Notes: generated from the letters alone by a model not told the origin. Shown: positions 1 through 10,587, counted from the first letter of the stretch. The stretch is 64,000 bases of DNA from an uncultured delta proteobacterium (GCA_963735595.1 CAVTLK010000001.1:1013781-1077780); one strand, 5' to 3'. Translations and numbers: made by a program.

Positions 1-837
1 GGAGATGAGCCGGTAAATCGCCTCAAGACCGGAGGGACCGGGTGCAAAAAAGGCCCGCCCGCCGGTCCCGTCGGCGATCTTTTTCAGGATGGTCCGGTTG
101 GCGTCACCCCCGAGCCCCACGGTGATCACGACCGACCTCGCCTTGCCCGCCGCCGCGATCGCGTCGGCGTCGGTGGCCGGGCTGTTGGCCTTATCGTTCC
201 TGCCGTCGGTGAGGATGACAACAATGCGCCTGCCCACAGGCGCCGCATCGAGGATCTTCGACGAATCTATGATCGCCTGGTAGAGCGCCGTATCTCCCTT
301 GTATGTGAGTCCCCTGACCGCCTTGGTCAGGGCGTCTTTGTCGTCGGTCAGCCCGAGGTTGACATAGACGTCCTGGTCAAACGTCACGAGTGCCGCCTTG
401 TCTCCCGGTTTCAGTAGCCCGATGAAGGACTCGGCCGCACGCTTGGCGGCTTCAAGGGGCGCCCCGGCCATGCTCCCTGAGATATCGACGGCGATCACAA
501 CCGACAGCGGATCGGTGACCGGGTCGGCCTCGATGATCGTGAGGCCCGACACCTCCGTTCCCTCTTCCGTTACCGCGAGGTCTCCGATTGAGACGAGATT
601 GATGGGCTGCCCCGCGGGATCGGTCACCGAGAGGTATGCCGAGATCGTGGGGTACTTTTCGAGGTTAAGGTCGGAAAACGTAACCGTCCCGACCCGCTCC
701 TCCCCCACCGGCACGGACGGGGTGGGGATGGGCCCCTCAGCCGACAGGGCCGGGAAAACCGTGAGCGCGGCCGCTGCCGCAACAGAGATAGCCCCGATCA
801 GTGAAAAAAAGACGAAGCGAGAACCTTTGGTATTCAT
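1..837 (-). CDS. Secreted/membrane-anchored von Willebrand factor A (vWA) domain protein; 3' end lies outside the window; absent from the ORF track
   Basis: Manual translation from ATG 837: MNTKGSRFVFFSLIGAISVAAAAALTVFPALSAE (signal peptide) ... LSVVIAVDISGSM (MIDAS DxSxS) ... GDTALYQAI ... IVVILTDG ... VITVGLGGDANRTILKKIADGTGGRAF; frame stays open to position 1. Confidence 0.9.
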   Translation of the reverse strand, partial: MNTKGSRFVFFSLIGAISVAAAAALTVFPALSAEGPIPTPSVPVGEERVGTVTFSDLNLEKYPTISAYLSVTDPAGQPINLVSIGDLAVTEEGTEVSGLTIIEADPVTDPLSVVIAVDISGSMAGAPLEAAKRAAESFIGLLKPGDKAALVTFDQDVYVNLGLTDDKDALTKAVRGLTYKGDTALYQAIIDSSKILDAAPVGRRIVVILTDGRNDKANSPATDADAIAAAGKARSVVITVGLGGDANRTILKKIADGTGGRAFFAPGPSGLEAIYRLIS

Positions 838-911
838 CGTATGTTCCCTCTCATTGGTATTCCATATGGTGTTACGATAAGATCTCAGGGATCTGCCGGC
901 CGCCGGCATCC

Positions 912-3056
912 CTATTTCAGCGCGTAGATGCCTCCCGATCCGTCACAGAAATAGACGACACCGTTCACGACGCACGGGGAGGCCCGAACCGGGCTTCCCG
1001 CCGCGTGGCGCCATAGCTCCCGGCCGCTTTTCGCGTCAAGGACGTACAGGTTCCCGTCGTCGCTCCCGAACAATACGGCGTTCCCAACCACAACGGGCGA
1101 GGAGACTACCGCCCCCCCCGAAACGAACCGCCAGATAAGCGTGCCGTCGGCCGTCGAGAGGGCATAGAGCCCCCCATCGTCGCTGCCGACGAAGACCGTC
1201 TCCCCTGTTACCGCGGGAGAACTGAGTACCTGGCCACCCGTCTCGAACCGCCACAGGATCGCTCCGTCTCCGACGCCCGCCGCATACACGAACCGATCCC
1301 ATCGACCGAAATAGACCCGGTCAAGCCGGACCGCCGGCGAAGACGTGATCGCACCTTCTCCCGAAAGCCGCCAACGCTCCCGGCCCGTGGCTGCATCCAG
1401 CACGGTGAGGATACCCCCGCCGCTGGCCACGTAAACGATCCCTTCGGCGACCGCCACGGTCCCGTGGACGGAACCCTCCACCGAACCCCTCCACTTCTCC
1501 TTGCCCGTTGCCGCGTCCAGCGAAAAGACTGCGCCGTCATAGGACCCGCAGTATACCATCCCATCGACGATGACCGGAGATGAGCCGATCTCGCCACCCG
1601 CCGCGTAGCGCCATATCTCCGCTCCCGTTTCCGCTTCGACGGAAACGAGCTTCCCCCCGAATGTGCCGAAACATACTATCCCGTCGGCTACGGCCGGAGA
1701 AGAGTAGACGGGACTTCCCGCCCGTGACCGCCACCACACTGTGCCGGTAGCCGCGTCCAAGCAATAGAGGTACCCATCCCCCCCTCCCGCATAGACCCTT
1801 CCGCCGGACACCGCGGGCGTTGAGAACGGCGCCCCGATCGGGTCGGATTTCCAGAGGAGGGCGGGCCGGTCCCCGGGTACCGTCCCATCGTAGGCGCCGG
1901 TCCCCGCGGGACTGCCTCGATACACCGGAACATACCCGCCGGGCGGAAGCGGCGTCACGGCCTCGGGGGTGAGCACTACCGGCGCCCGGGGTGTCCGTTC
2001 TTCTCCCGGCCCTTCATTCCGCCCGTCCCTCATCACCCAGAACATCCAGGCAATGAGGCTGACGATCGTCAGGATGACTAAAAGACAGCAGGCCCGGAAG
2101 ACTTTCTTCAGCCACGCGGCAAAGCCTGTGCCCCGTTTTTCTTTTTTCGGGATTTTCCGGGGGACGCTCGTTTTCTTTGTCTTGCCGAAGAGCTTCTTCA
2201 ACGCGCGCATGACCGACGGTCCCTTCCGAAGCCCCGCCCTGACATCCCTGAGAAATTCCTCGGCACTCTTGTATCGGTCGGCCCGGTTACGCGCCACGGC
2301 CTTGTTCACGATATCGGCCGCCCAGCCGGGAAGCCGCCGCCTGATCCGGCCGACGGGAGGCGCCGGCTCGCTCAGGATCTTTGAGATCGATGCGACGCTC
2401 GATCCCATCCTGAAGGGAGAGCGGCCCGTCAGCATCTCGTAAACGACCAGGCCCAGGGAATATACGTCGGTCCTCTTGTCGAGCCGCTCGCCTTTCACCT
2501 GCTCTACGCTCATGTATTCCGGTGTGCCGAGCGCCGTGCCGGTTGTCGTGAGCCCGGACCCGCCGATCATTTTCGCGATCCCGAAATCGGTGATGACGGC
2601 GCGTCCCTTACTATCGACGATAATATTGGAGGGCTTGATGTCCCGATGCAGAATCCCTTTCTTATGTGCGTACGCAAGGCCTTCGGCCACCCGGACGGCG
2701 ATTTGAAAGGTCTGCCTCACCGAGAGGGGGGCCCGTTCGGCGATGATCTTGGCCAGGTCCCTGCCGGGGAGAAGCTCCATGGCGATATAGAACGTATCGT
2801 AGGTTCTTCCGCTCCCGAGAACCCTGATAATGTTCGGGTGATCGAGTGAAGCCATTACGGCGGCCTCGTTCTTGAAGCGGCGGATAAGTTTTGTATCGTG
2901 GGATAGCGAAGGCGGGAGTATCTTAACGGCGACGTCCCTCTTCCTGCGGAGGTCACGGGCGCGATAGACCGAGCCCATCCCCCCGTCGGCGATCTTTGAG
3001 ACGATCTGCCACCGTTGATCGATAACGGTTTTGATAAAGGGATCGCCTTTTCCCAC
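912..3056 (-). CDS. Hanks-type Ser/Thr protein kinase with one TM helix and a C-terminal PQQ/BamB-like beta-propeller
   Basis: GGMGSVY, VAVK, HRDIKPSN, DFG, GTPEYMS motifs; hydrophobic CCLLVILTIVSLIAWMFWVM; repeated SSPAV...VYFG...LDAxTG...W blades; likely GTG start at 3056 after a GGAGG RBS (ORF track starts at 3080). Confidence 0.93.
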   Translation of the reverse strand: MGKGDPFIKTVIDQRWQIVSKIADGGMGSVYRARDLRRKRDVAVKILPPSLSHDTKLIRRFKNEAAVMASLDHPNIIRVLGSGRTYDTFYIAMELLPGRDLAKIIAERAPLSVRQTFQIAVRVAEGLAYAHKKGILHRDIKPSNIIVDSKGRAVITDFGIAKMIGGSGLTTTGTALGTPEYMSVEQVKGERLDKRTDVYSLGLVVYEMLTGRSPFRMGSSVASISKILSEPAPPVGRIRRRLPGWAADIVNKAVARNRADRYKSAEEFLRDVRAGLRKGPSVMRALKKLFGKTKKTSVPRKIPKKEKRGTGFAAWLKKVFRACCLLVILTIVSLIAWMFWVMRDGRNEGPGEERTPRAPVVLTPEAVTPLPPGGYVPVYRGSPAGTGAYDGTVPGDRPALLWKSDPIGAPFSTPAVSGGRVYAGGGDGYLYCLDAATGTVWWRSRAGSPVYSSPAVADGIVCFGTFGGKLVSVEAETGAEIWRYAAGGEIGSSPVIVDGMVYCGSYDGAVFSLDAATGKEKWRGSVEGSVHGTVAVAEGIVYVASGGGILTVLDAATGRERWRLSGEGAITSSPAVRLDRVYFGRWDRFVYAAGVGDGAILWRFETGGQVLSSPAVTGETVFVGSDDGGLYALSTADGTLIWRFVSGGAVVSSPVVVGNAVLFGSDDGNLYVLDAKSGRELWRHAAGSPVRASPCVVNGVVYFCDGSGGIYALK

Positions 3057-3322
3057 GAGCCTCCCCCGTGCCAACCGCAAAAGAACGGGCGGTATCCTTC
3101 CCGCGGCCGCGTCCCGGGCAGATTTCAGAAAGCACCGCCCGGCGCCTGAAGAGGTGATACACGTCCCGGGTAGTCCGTGACGGAAACGGCGCAGGGAGGG
3201 CGCTCCAAGGCGGCGGCCTCCCCCCGCAGAATCATGCCGTCATCTTTCCCCTGGGGCGGAAACGGCCGGTACTCTGCTCAACAAAACCGGGCGTTTCCCG
3301 CACCTTCGTCGGCCGGCCCGGA

Positions 3323-4183
3323 CTATTTAAGGAAGACGATCTTCCCCTTGATTACCCCAAACTGTATCTCATCGCCTTCGGAAAGCTCGCGCTCGTCGCT
3401 TATAGTCTCGCCGTTAACACGGGTGGGATTAGTGAGGCTCACGTTATTGATGCTGTATTTTCCTCCGCTATAACGGATGCGGGCATGTTCGCGTGACACG
3501 CTCTTGTCGGTGAAGCGGATGTTGCCCTTCTCCCTTCCAATCAGGTTTTCCATGACGAGGACGATTTTTTCTCCCTGCCTCTCTCCCGAGATGATCTCAA
3601 GCTGGGCCGCGTTCGTGGGTACCTTGTCGGTCTTGGCGGCGCCACCGTACTCGGTCATCCGCACCTTCTCGGTTCGGCCCGACCCCTCGGTAACCGACGT
3701 GCCCCTGGTGCGCGTTAGGGTAGGCTCCATCTTCTCTTCCTTAAACGATGGTCTCCTGAGGATCATGATGAAGACCACGATGAGGATGAGCACGACTGCC
3801 GCCGCGATGATTGCCCATACGGAGACGGGCAGCCCCCCTGATACCACTTTCAGCTCCCGGACATACGGGGTTTGAGTGGTCGGGTCGACCTGGACAACCC
3901 CCTCTATCGTGACAACCGCACCGGGGGCGGGGGGATTATAGGTAAGCACGGTGATCGATCCGAAGCTATCGTCGGTCAAGACGAAGGAACCGGGCGTCGT
4001 CGGTCCGGCTGGATTGGACTCCTGGACACGGCCCGAGATAACGACCGTCATGTTCATGAACCTGGTTGGATTATTGATGATGTCGCTGATGTAGGTGATG
4101 TTCTGGGCCAAAGCCAGGGATGAGAAAAAGATGACTAACGACACGAGACAACAGAAAAACAGGATACCCCTTTTTCCTCTCAT
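3323..4183 (-). CDS. Membrane protein: signal peptide, extracytoplasmic OB-fold-like domain, TM helix, cytoplasmic FHA domain
   Basis: IGRE...DKSVSREHARI...SLTNPTRVNG...LSEGDEIQFG is an FHA signature; TM VWAIIAAAVVLILIVVFIMIL; RBS AGGAGG upstream. Confidence 0.88.
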   Translation of the reverse strand: MRGKRGILFFCCLVSLVIFFSSLALAQNITYISDIINNPTRFMNMTVVISGRVQESNPAGPTTPGSFVLTDDSFGSITVLTYNPPAPGAVVTIEGVVQVDPTTQTPYVRELKVVSGGLPVSVWAIIAAAVVLILIVVFIMILRRPSFKEEKMEPTLTRTRGTSVTEGSGRTEKVRMTEYGGAAKTDKVPTNAAQLEIISGERQGEKIVLVMENLIGREKGNIRFTDKSVSREHARIRYSGGKYSINNVSLTNPTRVNGETISDERELSEGDEIQFGVIKGKIVFLK

Positions 4184-4647
4184 GCTCTCCTCCTTACTAA
4201 AGGGAATCGGTTTCTAACGTTACTACGGCCTTGGATACCGACGGCGGACCGCGAAGGTCGGAGATACTCTCTCACAGATGGAAGGCCGCATTCAGATTGA
4301 GGTGAGCCCGTGGCTCACCCGAAAATGACTATCCGGGAGAAAGCACATCAATGAAATCCTCGCTATTACCCCGAATGCGGGCAAATATAAAGGAATGGAT
4401 ACACAGATATCTCCCATACCGATGTTTGACAAAGCTGAAGTGCCACATGTTCCCGCCGATAAGGTTAAATCTCCCTAATCGTTTGAAACGGGCTGAGGAG
4501 CCGTTCGGGCAAACGTATCGTCTCATTTTAAGAGGACTGGCACGGCTCACGTGAAGTTTTGCTTTTCGGAGGGTATTACGAGGCAGATTATAATAGTAAC
4601 GAGGGGGAAAAGACAGGTCTCGATTCTCCGTCAAGATATGTTTATTT

Positions 4648-4692
4648 TGGCGCGCCCGGCAGGAATCGAACCGACGACCCACGAATTAGAAG
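4648..4692 (-). tRNA. 3' half of tRNA-Arg(TCT), from the anticodon loop to CCA; a fragment, not an intact gene
   Basis: Reverse complement CTTCTAA TTCGT GGGTC GTCGG TTCGATT CCTGC CGGGCGC GCCA gives anticodon loop, T-loop, acceptor 3' strand and CCA; upstream sequence cannot form the 5' anticodon stem, D-arm or acceptor strand. Confidence 0.85.
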
Positions 4693-4858
4693 CAGGTCAT
4701 TCTTGACGATAATCTATAGACATCATTCTTCTTTCAATTCCCGACGATGCCCTGGAATACCTCAGAATACCCCGTAATCCCCCGGGTTTTGTAACACTTT
4801 TTGTAACGCTTTCGGATAAGCTGATCGGGATATTCTTTATCTGTACTGACTGTAACCC
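4648..4858. mobile_element. Putative att site (boundary of a tRNA-Arg-integrated element) with arm-type repeats
   Basis: tRNA similarity stops exactly at the 7-nt anticodon loop; 10-bp tandem triplet cctggaatac/ctcagaatac/cccgtaatcc (4751-4780); 12-bp direct repeat tttgtaacactt/tttgtaacgctt (4788-4811); a further tgtaac at ~4851; no integrase in the window. Confidence 0.65.
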
Positions 4859-4931
4859 AATTACATCGAAAATCTGATTAATGACCGGGACATCCAAACC
4901 GATATCGTGAGGACAATCAGGTAAATATAGT

Positions 4932-4949
4932 GATTGCAATATTGCAATC
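4932..4949. promoter_or_regulatory. Perfect 18-bp palindrome upstream of the sigma54 activator; probable operator
   Basis: GATTGCAATATTGCAATC; related imperfect copies at ~6421-6467. Confidence 0.6.
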
Positions 4950-4962
4950 TTTCTGCTAAGAT

Positions 4963-6348
4963 GTGAGAATGACTGCGAAACAACATGGAAAGGCGGCCCG
5001 GAAAGAGGAATTCTTCGACATAATCCTCGACAGCGTCGCCGACGGCGTCTTTACCATTGACAACGATAACACCATTACCTCATTCAACACCGCGGCGGAG
5101 CGTATAACGGGTGTTTCCCGTCACGAAGCCGTCGGGAGGAAATGCCACGATATCTTTCACGCGAGCATCTGTGTACACGATTGCGCCCTCAAGAAGACTA
5201 TTGCTTCCGGACAAGCAGTCATTGACCAAAAGATCAACATCATCAACGCCGACGGAGAGAGAATCCCGATTACCATCAGCACCGCCGTGCTTCGAGACAA
5301 GGGGGGCGTTATACTCGGTGGGGTTGAAACCTTCCGCGATCTTTCAGTCATCGAGGCGCTCAAAAAGGAGATCGCCTCCAACTACACCTTCGAAGACATC
5401 ATCAGCAAGAACAGGAAGATCCTCGACATTTTCGATATACTGCCCGACATTGCCGAGAGCGAAAGCACCGTTCTCATCGAGGGGAAAAGTGGAACGGGCA
5501 AGGAGCTGTTCGCCCGGGCGATCCATCATCTCTCTCCCCGCAACGACGGACCGTTTCTTGCGGTCAATTGCGGCGCGCTTCCCGACACGCTCCTTGAATC
5601 CGAGCTGTTTGGCTATGTAAAGGGCGCGTTTACCAACGCCGTAAAGGATAAGCCGGGCCGTTTCGAGCTTGCCAAAGGCGGCACCATGCTGCTGGACGAG
5701 ATCGGCGAAATGCCGCAGGCCCTCCAGGTAAAGCTGTTGAGGGTGATCCAGGAAAAAGAGTATGAACCGCTCGGCTCTGTCAAGAAGGTCAAGGCTGACG
5801 TTCGTATTATTGCGTCCACAAACAAGGATCTAAAACAGGAGGTAGAGCGAGGTAATTTCCGTACCGACCTTTTCTTCCGCCTGAACGTAATGAGGCTGCG
5901 GATTCCTGATCTTTCCGAGCGTAAAGAAGATATCCCGATCCTCATCGATCACTTCGTTGAAAAGATGTCACGGAAACTGGGCAAGGAGATCGTCGGGGTA
6001 AGCGACGAAGTACTGGACCGTCTCATGCGTTACGACTTTTCGGGAAACGTGAGGGAACTGGAAAACATCATTGAGCACGGTGCGGTTCTCTGCCGGTCGG
6101 GTTTGATTACCGCAGGAGATCTTCCTCAGGAGATATTCGAAGGAGTCGCTCTCGACGATGTTTCTGCGAGTGGAGTGCAAATCTCTGCTGATCCGCGCGA
6201 CTGCAGGGTCGTGGCGGCAGAGGCCGAGAGACGGGTTATCGCGGATACACTCGCCCGTTTTAAGGGAAGCAGAGTGAAGACCGCTCAAGCCCTCAACCTG
6301 GATAAGTCCACCCTCTGGAGAAAGATGAAGAAGCACCAGTTACTTTAA
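4963..6348 (+). CDS. PAS - sigma54 AAA+ - Fis-HTH transcriptional activator, OrpR-like
   Basis: GKSGTGKE Walker A, ESELFG, GAFTNA loop, LLDEIGEM Walker B, GNVRELEN, C-terminal HTH (TAQALNLDKSTLWRKMKK); PAS domain contains CX8CX3C (CHDIFHASICVHDC). Confidence 0.93.
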   Translation: MRMTAKQHGKAARKEEFFDIILDSVADGVFTIDNDNTITSFNTAAERITGVSRHEAVGRKCHDIFHASICVHDCALKKTIASGQAVIDQKINIINADGERIPITISTAVLRDKGGVILGGVETFRDLSVIEALKKEIASNYTFEDIISKNRKILDIFDILPDIAESESTVLIEGKSGTGKELFARAIHHLSPRNDGPFLAVNCGALPDTLLESELFGYVKGAFTNAVKDKPGRFELAKGGTMLLDEIGEMPQALQVKLLRVIQEKEYEPLGSVKKVKADVRIIASTNKDLKQEVERGNFRTDLFFRLNVMRLRIPDLSERKEDIPILIDHFVEKMSRKLGKEIVGVSDEVLDRLMRYDFSGNVRELENIIEHGAVLCRSGLITAGDLPQEIFEGVALDDVSASGVQISADPRDCRVVAAEAERRVIADTLARFKGSRVKTAQALNLDKSTLWRKMKKHQLL

Positions 6349-6570
6349 TAATCCTGGACTGGTATCGTAAAACCTACCCGTTATCTACGAATCATTAGCC
6401 TGCTCAAGACGAGTCAAATAGTATCATTTCTGCAATTATCTATTCTCAGATGATTGCATTTATGAACCCATATTTCTCGCCATCCCACATGCCGAAATTC
6501 CCGGCGCTGATCATGTTTCTAATATATTGAATTGACTGCTATTTCCAGACATGTTTCTCTGCCCGGCGAT

Positions 6571-6586
6571 TGGCACGACTGTTGCA
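6571..6586 (+). promoter_or_regulatory. sigma54 (-24/-12) promoter
   Basis: TGGCAC-GACTG-TTGCA matches the TGGCAC-N5-TTGCW consensus exactly; 14 nt upstream of ATG 6601 and directly downstream of a sigma54 activator gene. Confidence 0.9.
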
Positions 6587-6600
6587 AACTATCAAGAGGT

Positions 6601-7002
6601 ATGGATGGAGCCACTTATCGAATTGCCGTTCCTCTCCTGGAAGAACGTATCGCACCGAGGTTTGATACGGCCCAGAGGATGCTCTTTGTGACCATATCCG
6701 ATGAACGGATTGTGAGCCGGGAGATCGTCCGCCTTATCGGGATCCATCCGCTCCAGATGGCCCACTGGCTGAAAAAAGAGGGCGTAGACGTTTTTATCTG
6801 TTCGGCAATTGACGTGATTACATGGCAGAGCATGACAAACCTCGGAATAACCGTCTATTCGCGGATAGCCGGCGACGCGGTCGGCGCGGTTGAGGCCTTT
6901 ATCCGGGGAACGCTCGACGAGATGTCCATCCCCTGTATGGGAAGAGGCGTCGGGTGCAGGCGCAGGAGATGGAGGGGTACGGAAGACAAGAACAATCCGT
7001 AG
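6601..7002 (+). CDS. NifB/NifX (dinitrogenase FeMo-cofactor biosynthesis) family protein
   Basis: RIAVPL...IAPRFDTA...GVDVFICSAI...LGITV pattern; start moved to ATG 6601 (RBS AAGAGGT, downstream of the sigma54 promoter); Arg/Gly-rich tail. Confidence 0.8.
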   Translation: MDGATYRIAVPLLEERIAPRFDTAQRMLFVTISDERIVSREIVRLIGIHPLQMAHWLKKEGVDVFICSAIDVITWQSMTNLGITVYSRIAGDAVGAVEAFIRGTLDEMSIPCMGRGVGCRRRRWRGTEDKNNP

Positions 7003-7023
7003 CATATGAAAGGAGGTATGGAT

Positions 7024-7404
7024 ATGCCGAGAGGAGACAGAACCGGTCCCCAGGGAATGGGACCGCGAACCGGAAGGGGAATGGGGTATTGTTCGGGCTT
7101 CGATGTGCCGGGATTCATGAACTCGGCTTCCGGAGCCGTTGGTAGGTTCTTTTCCGGCGGCCTTGGGCTTGCCCGGGGCCGGGGAAGAGCGATACCCGGA
7201 TACGGGATGAGGATGGCATGGGGACGGGGAACAGGGCGTGGACGGGGTTACAGCTCCTTTCACTCCTATCCTGAAGCCGTGCCTCTCACACCGCTGAGTG
7301 CGGAAGAGGAAAAGACATTCATACAGAGCAGTATCACGGCGCTTAAATCCCGACTTGAGGAGATGGAAAAGAGACTTTCCGAGCTTTCGGAAAACAACAA
7401 CTAA
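7024..7404 (+). CDS. DUF5320-family Gly/Arg-rich protein
   Basis: MPRGDRTGPQGMGPRTGRGMGYCSG N-terminus, GRG repeats and a C-terminal coiled coil (LKSRLEEMEKRLSEL); RBS GGAGGT. Confidence 0.85.
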   Translation: MPRGDRTGPQGMGPRTGRGMGYCSGFDVPGFMNSASGAVGRFFSGGLGLARGRGRAIPGYGMRMAWGRGTGRGRGYSSFHSYPEAVPLTPLSAEEEKTFIQSSITALKSRLEEMEKRLSELSENNN

Positions 7405-7411
7405 GTACCTC

Positions 7412-7443
7412 GCGAGCAGGGGGGCGTGTTCCCCCCTGCTTGC
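7412..7443 (+). terminator. Strong GC-rich stem-loop after DUF5320 (terminator or mRNA-stabilising hairpin)
   Basis: GCGAGCAGGGGGG-cgtgtt-CCCCCCTGCTTGC; no U-tract. Confidence 0.5.
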
Positions 7444-7579
7444 CCGTAACGGGTTGAGGGTATGAAAAGGACCTGTTGTCTTGATAAGCACATACTATAG
7501 TACCGGCATATTATTCATACATCTCTTTTGTATCCGGCATTTTGCATTTTTTGTCGAAATAGGATGATGAGGTAAGAGT

Positions 7580-8872
<1,293 letters not shown>

Positions 8873-8940
8873 TATCTGGAGAAACTGGAGTCATCCCGCT
8901 CTCTGATGGGTCTGTCTCCAGTCACATGTGGAGGAATAAT

Positions 8941-9894
8941 ATGAAACAAGCCCTCAGAGAAGTCGACAAGGTCGAGATTCTTACCTTACAGGATAACTAT
9001 GTCGATCTGGTCTCTCGTGATAATACCGAGGTAGTCTTGAGGGCGATGCCCCTCAAGGACATGCAGGTGAAGAACTCGATCCTGGCCGAACACGGGTTTT
9101 CCTCCGTCGTTACCGTAACCGGTAACGGCGAGTCACGGAGCATCCTCTTTGATTTCGGTTTTTCCGCCCACGGGGCAGCATTCAACGCCGACGCCCTCGG
9201 AGTCGATCTTTCGAAGATCGAGGCGTGCGTCATCTCCCACGGCCACCTTGACCACGTGGGGGGGATGGAGGAACTGGCGGGAAATATCGGAAGGAAGGGG
9301 ATTCCGCTGGTCGTCCACCCCGAGGCCTTCAGAAACCCGAGATACCTCAAGATCACCGACCAGTTCAAGGTCTTCTTCCCTCCCCTGACCAGGGAGCGGG
9401 CTGACACCGCGGGTCTTTCGTTGAAGGCGACAAAAGAGCCCCGCGGCCTGCTGGATGATACCGTCATCTTTCTCGGAGAAGTGCCCCGCAAGACGGCGTT
9501 CGAAAAAGTGGGGCAGGATTTCTGTTACGAAAAGGACGGCAAGGAGCTGTGGGACGACATCATCGACGACTCTGCGATCGCCGTCAACCTGAAGGGGAAG
9601 GGCCTCGTGCTGCTGTCTGGATGCGCACACTCGGGGATTATCAATACACTCCAATATGCGCAGGAGGTGACCGGCCAGTATAAGATCCATGCCGTCATGG
9701 GCGGGTTTCACCTCAACGGCGCGGACGCGGACGCCGTCGTGGGCCCGACGGTACAGGGGCTGATTGATGCCGACCCGGCATACATAGTCCCTACACACTG
9801 CACGGGAAGGAAGGAAGTAATGGAAATCGAACGGCGCATGCCGGATCAATTCCTTCTCAATATGGTCGGCACGAAGTTGACCTTTTCGGCATAG
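8941..9894 (+). CDS. Metallo-beta-lactamase-fold hydrolase (DHPS-like MBL subfamily)
   Basis: AEHGFS, SHGHLDHVGG, SGCAHSG, GGFHL, PTHCTG; ATG 8941 follows GGAGG. Confidence 0.88.
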   Translation: MKQALREVDKVEILTLQDNYVDLVSRDNTEVVLRAMPLKDMQVKNSILAEHGFSSVVTVTGNGESRSILFDFGFSAHGAAFNADALGVDLSKIEACVISHGHLDHVGGMEELAGNIGRKGIPLVVHPEAFRNPRYLKITDQFKVFFPPLTRERADTAGLSLKATKEPRGLLDDTVIFLGEVPRKTAFEKVGQDFCYEKDGKELWDDIIDDSAIAVNLKGKGLVLLSGCAHSGIINTLQYAQEVTGQYKIHAVMGGFHLNGADADAVVGPTVQGLIDADPAYIVPTHCTGRKEVMEIERRMPDQFLLNMVGTKLTFSA

Positions 9895-9917
9895 CCGCAT
9901 CTAAACAGGAGGGTGAA

Positions 9918-10202
9918 ATGTTGATGCGTGAGAGAGGACAGGGAGGCGCCGGAGGTGGCTCCGGTTCCGGTGGTGGAATGGGACGAGGAGGTGGTGGTGG
10001 AGGCCGTGGCGGCGGAGCCGGCGGAGGTCGTGCAGGCGGCGGCGGTGGAGGCCGTGGGGCAGGTATGGGAAACCGTCCCGGCTCCGGCCCCGGCGGAAAC
10101 TGCGTCTGTCCGGCATGTGGGACGAAAGCGGCGCATCAGGCAGGCGTTCCCTGCTACCAGGTGACGTGCCCCAGCTGTGGGAAGGCGATGATGAAGGAGT
10201 AA
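9918..10202 (+). CDS. Small protein with a Gly/Arg low-complexity N-terminus and a Cys-rich metal-binding C-terminus
   Basis: RBS AGGAGG; GGGGRGGG repeats, then GPGGNCVCPACG...GVPC...CPSCG. Confidence 0.8.
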   Translation: MLMRERGQGGAGGGSGSGGGMGRGGGGGGRGGGAGGGRAGGGGGGRGAGMGNRPGSGPGGNCVCPACGTKAAHQAGVPCYQVTCPSCGKAMMKE

Positions 10203-10212
10203 GGAGGAAGAT

Positions 10213-10587
10213 ATGAAGATTGCGATTACCGCCAGGGGAGATGAGCTCTCCTCCGAGATGGACGAGCGGTTCGGCAGATGCGCGTACTTTATAGTCGTGG
10301 ATGCCGACAACCCCGGTGTTTTCAAAGCGATAACGAATGACGCCGCCGATGCCGGCGGAGGTGCAGGAATCAGGGCGGCTCAGACGGTTATTGACGCCGG
10401 GGCCCAAGCGGTCGTATCGGGGAACTTCGGCCCAAAGGCCTTCGACGCGCTATCGGCGGGAGATGTGAAGCTCTACGCCGTTTCCGCGTCCACCGTACAG
10501 GAGGCGCTCGATATCTTCCGGGCAAATAAGGCCCGGCTGCTGGAATCCGCTACCGCCGCGGCCCATGCGGGGCTAAAGCGGATTTGA
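10213..10587 (+). CDS. NifB/NifX-family protein, orange protein (ORP)-like
   Basis: MKIAITA...DERFGRCAYF...GGAGIRAAQ...GNFGPKAFDAL; strong RBS. Confidence 0.88.
   Translation: MKIAITARGDELSSEMDERFGRCAYFIVVDADNPGVFKAITNDAADAGGGAGIRAAQTVIDAGAQAVVSGNFGPKAFDALSAGDVKLYAVSASTVQEALDIFRANKARLLESATAAAHAGLKRI

Noticed and set aside
4648..4730. Intact or intron-containing tRNA-Arg gene
   Set aside because: No 5' half is found nearby and no group I intron core is evident; the break at the anticodon loop with arm-like repeats fits an att site better
4329..4939. ORFs 4329-4682 and 4697-4939 as integrase or excisionase remnants
   Set aside because: No R-H-R-H-Y recombinase motifs; SVTKSVTK is just the translation of the 12-bp repeat
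9940..10065. Tandem DNA repeat or CRISPR-like array
   Set aside because: Degenerate GGN codon runs encoding a Gly/Arg tract; no constant repeat with unique spacers. I saw no CRISPR array or cas gene anywhere in the window
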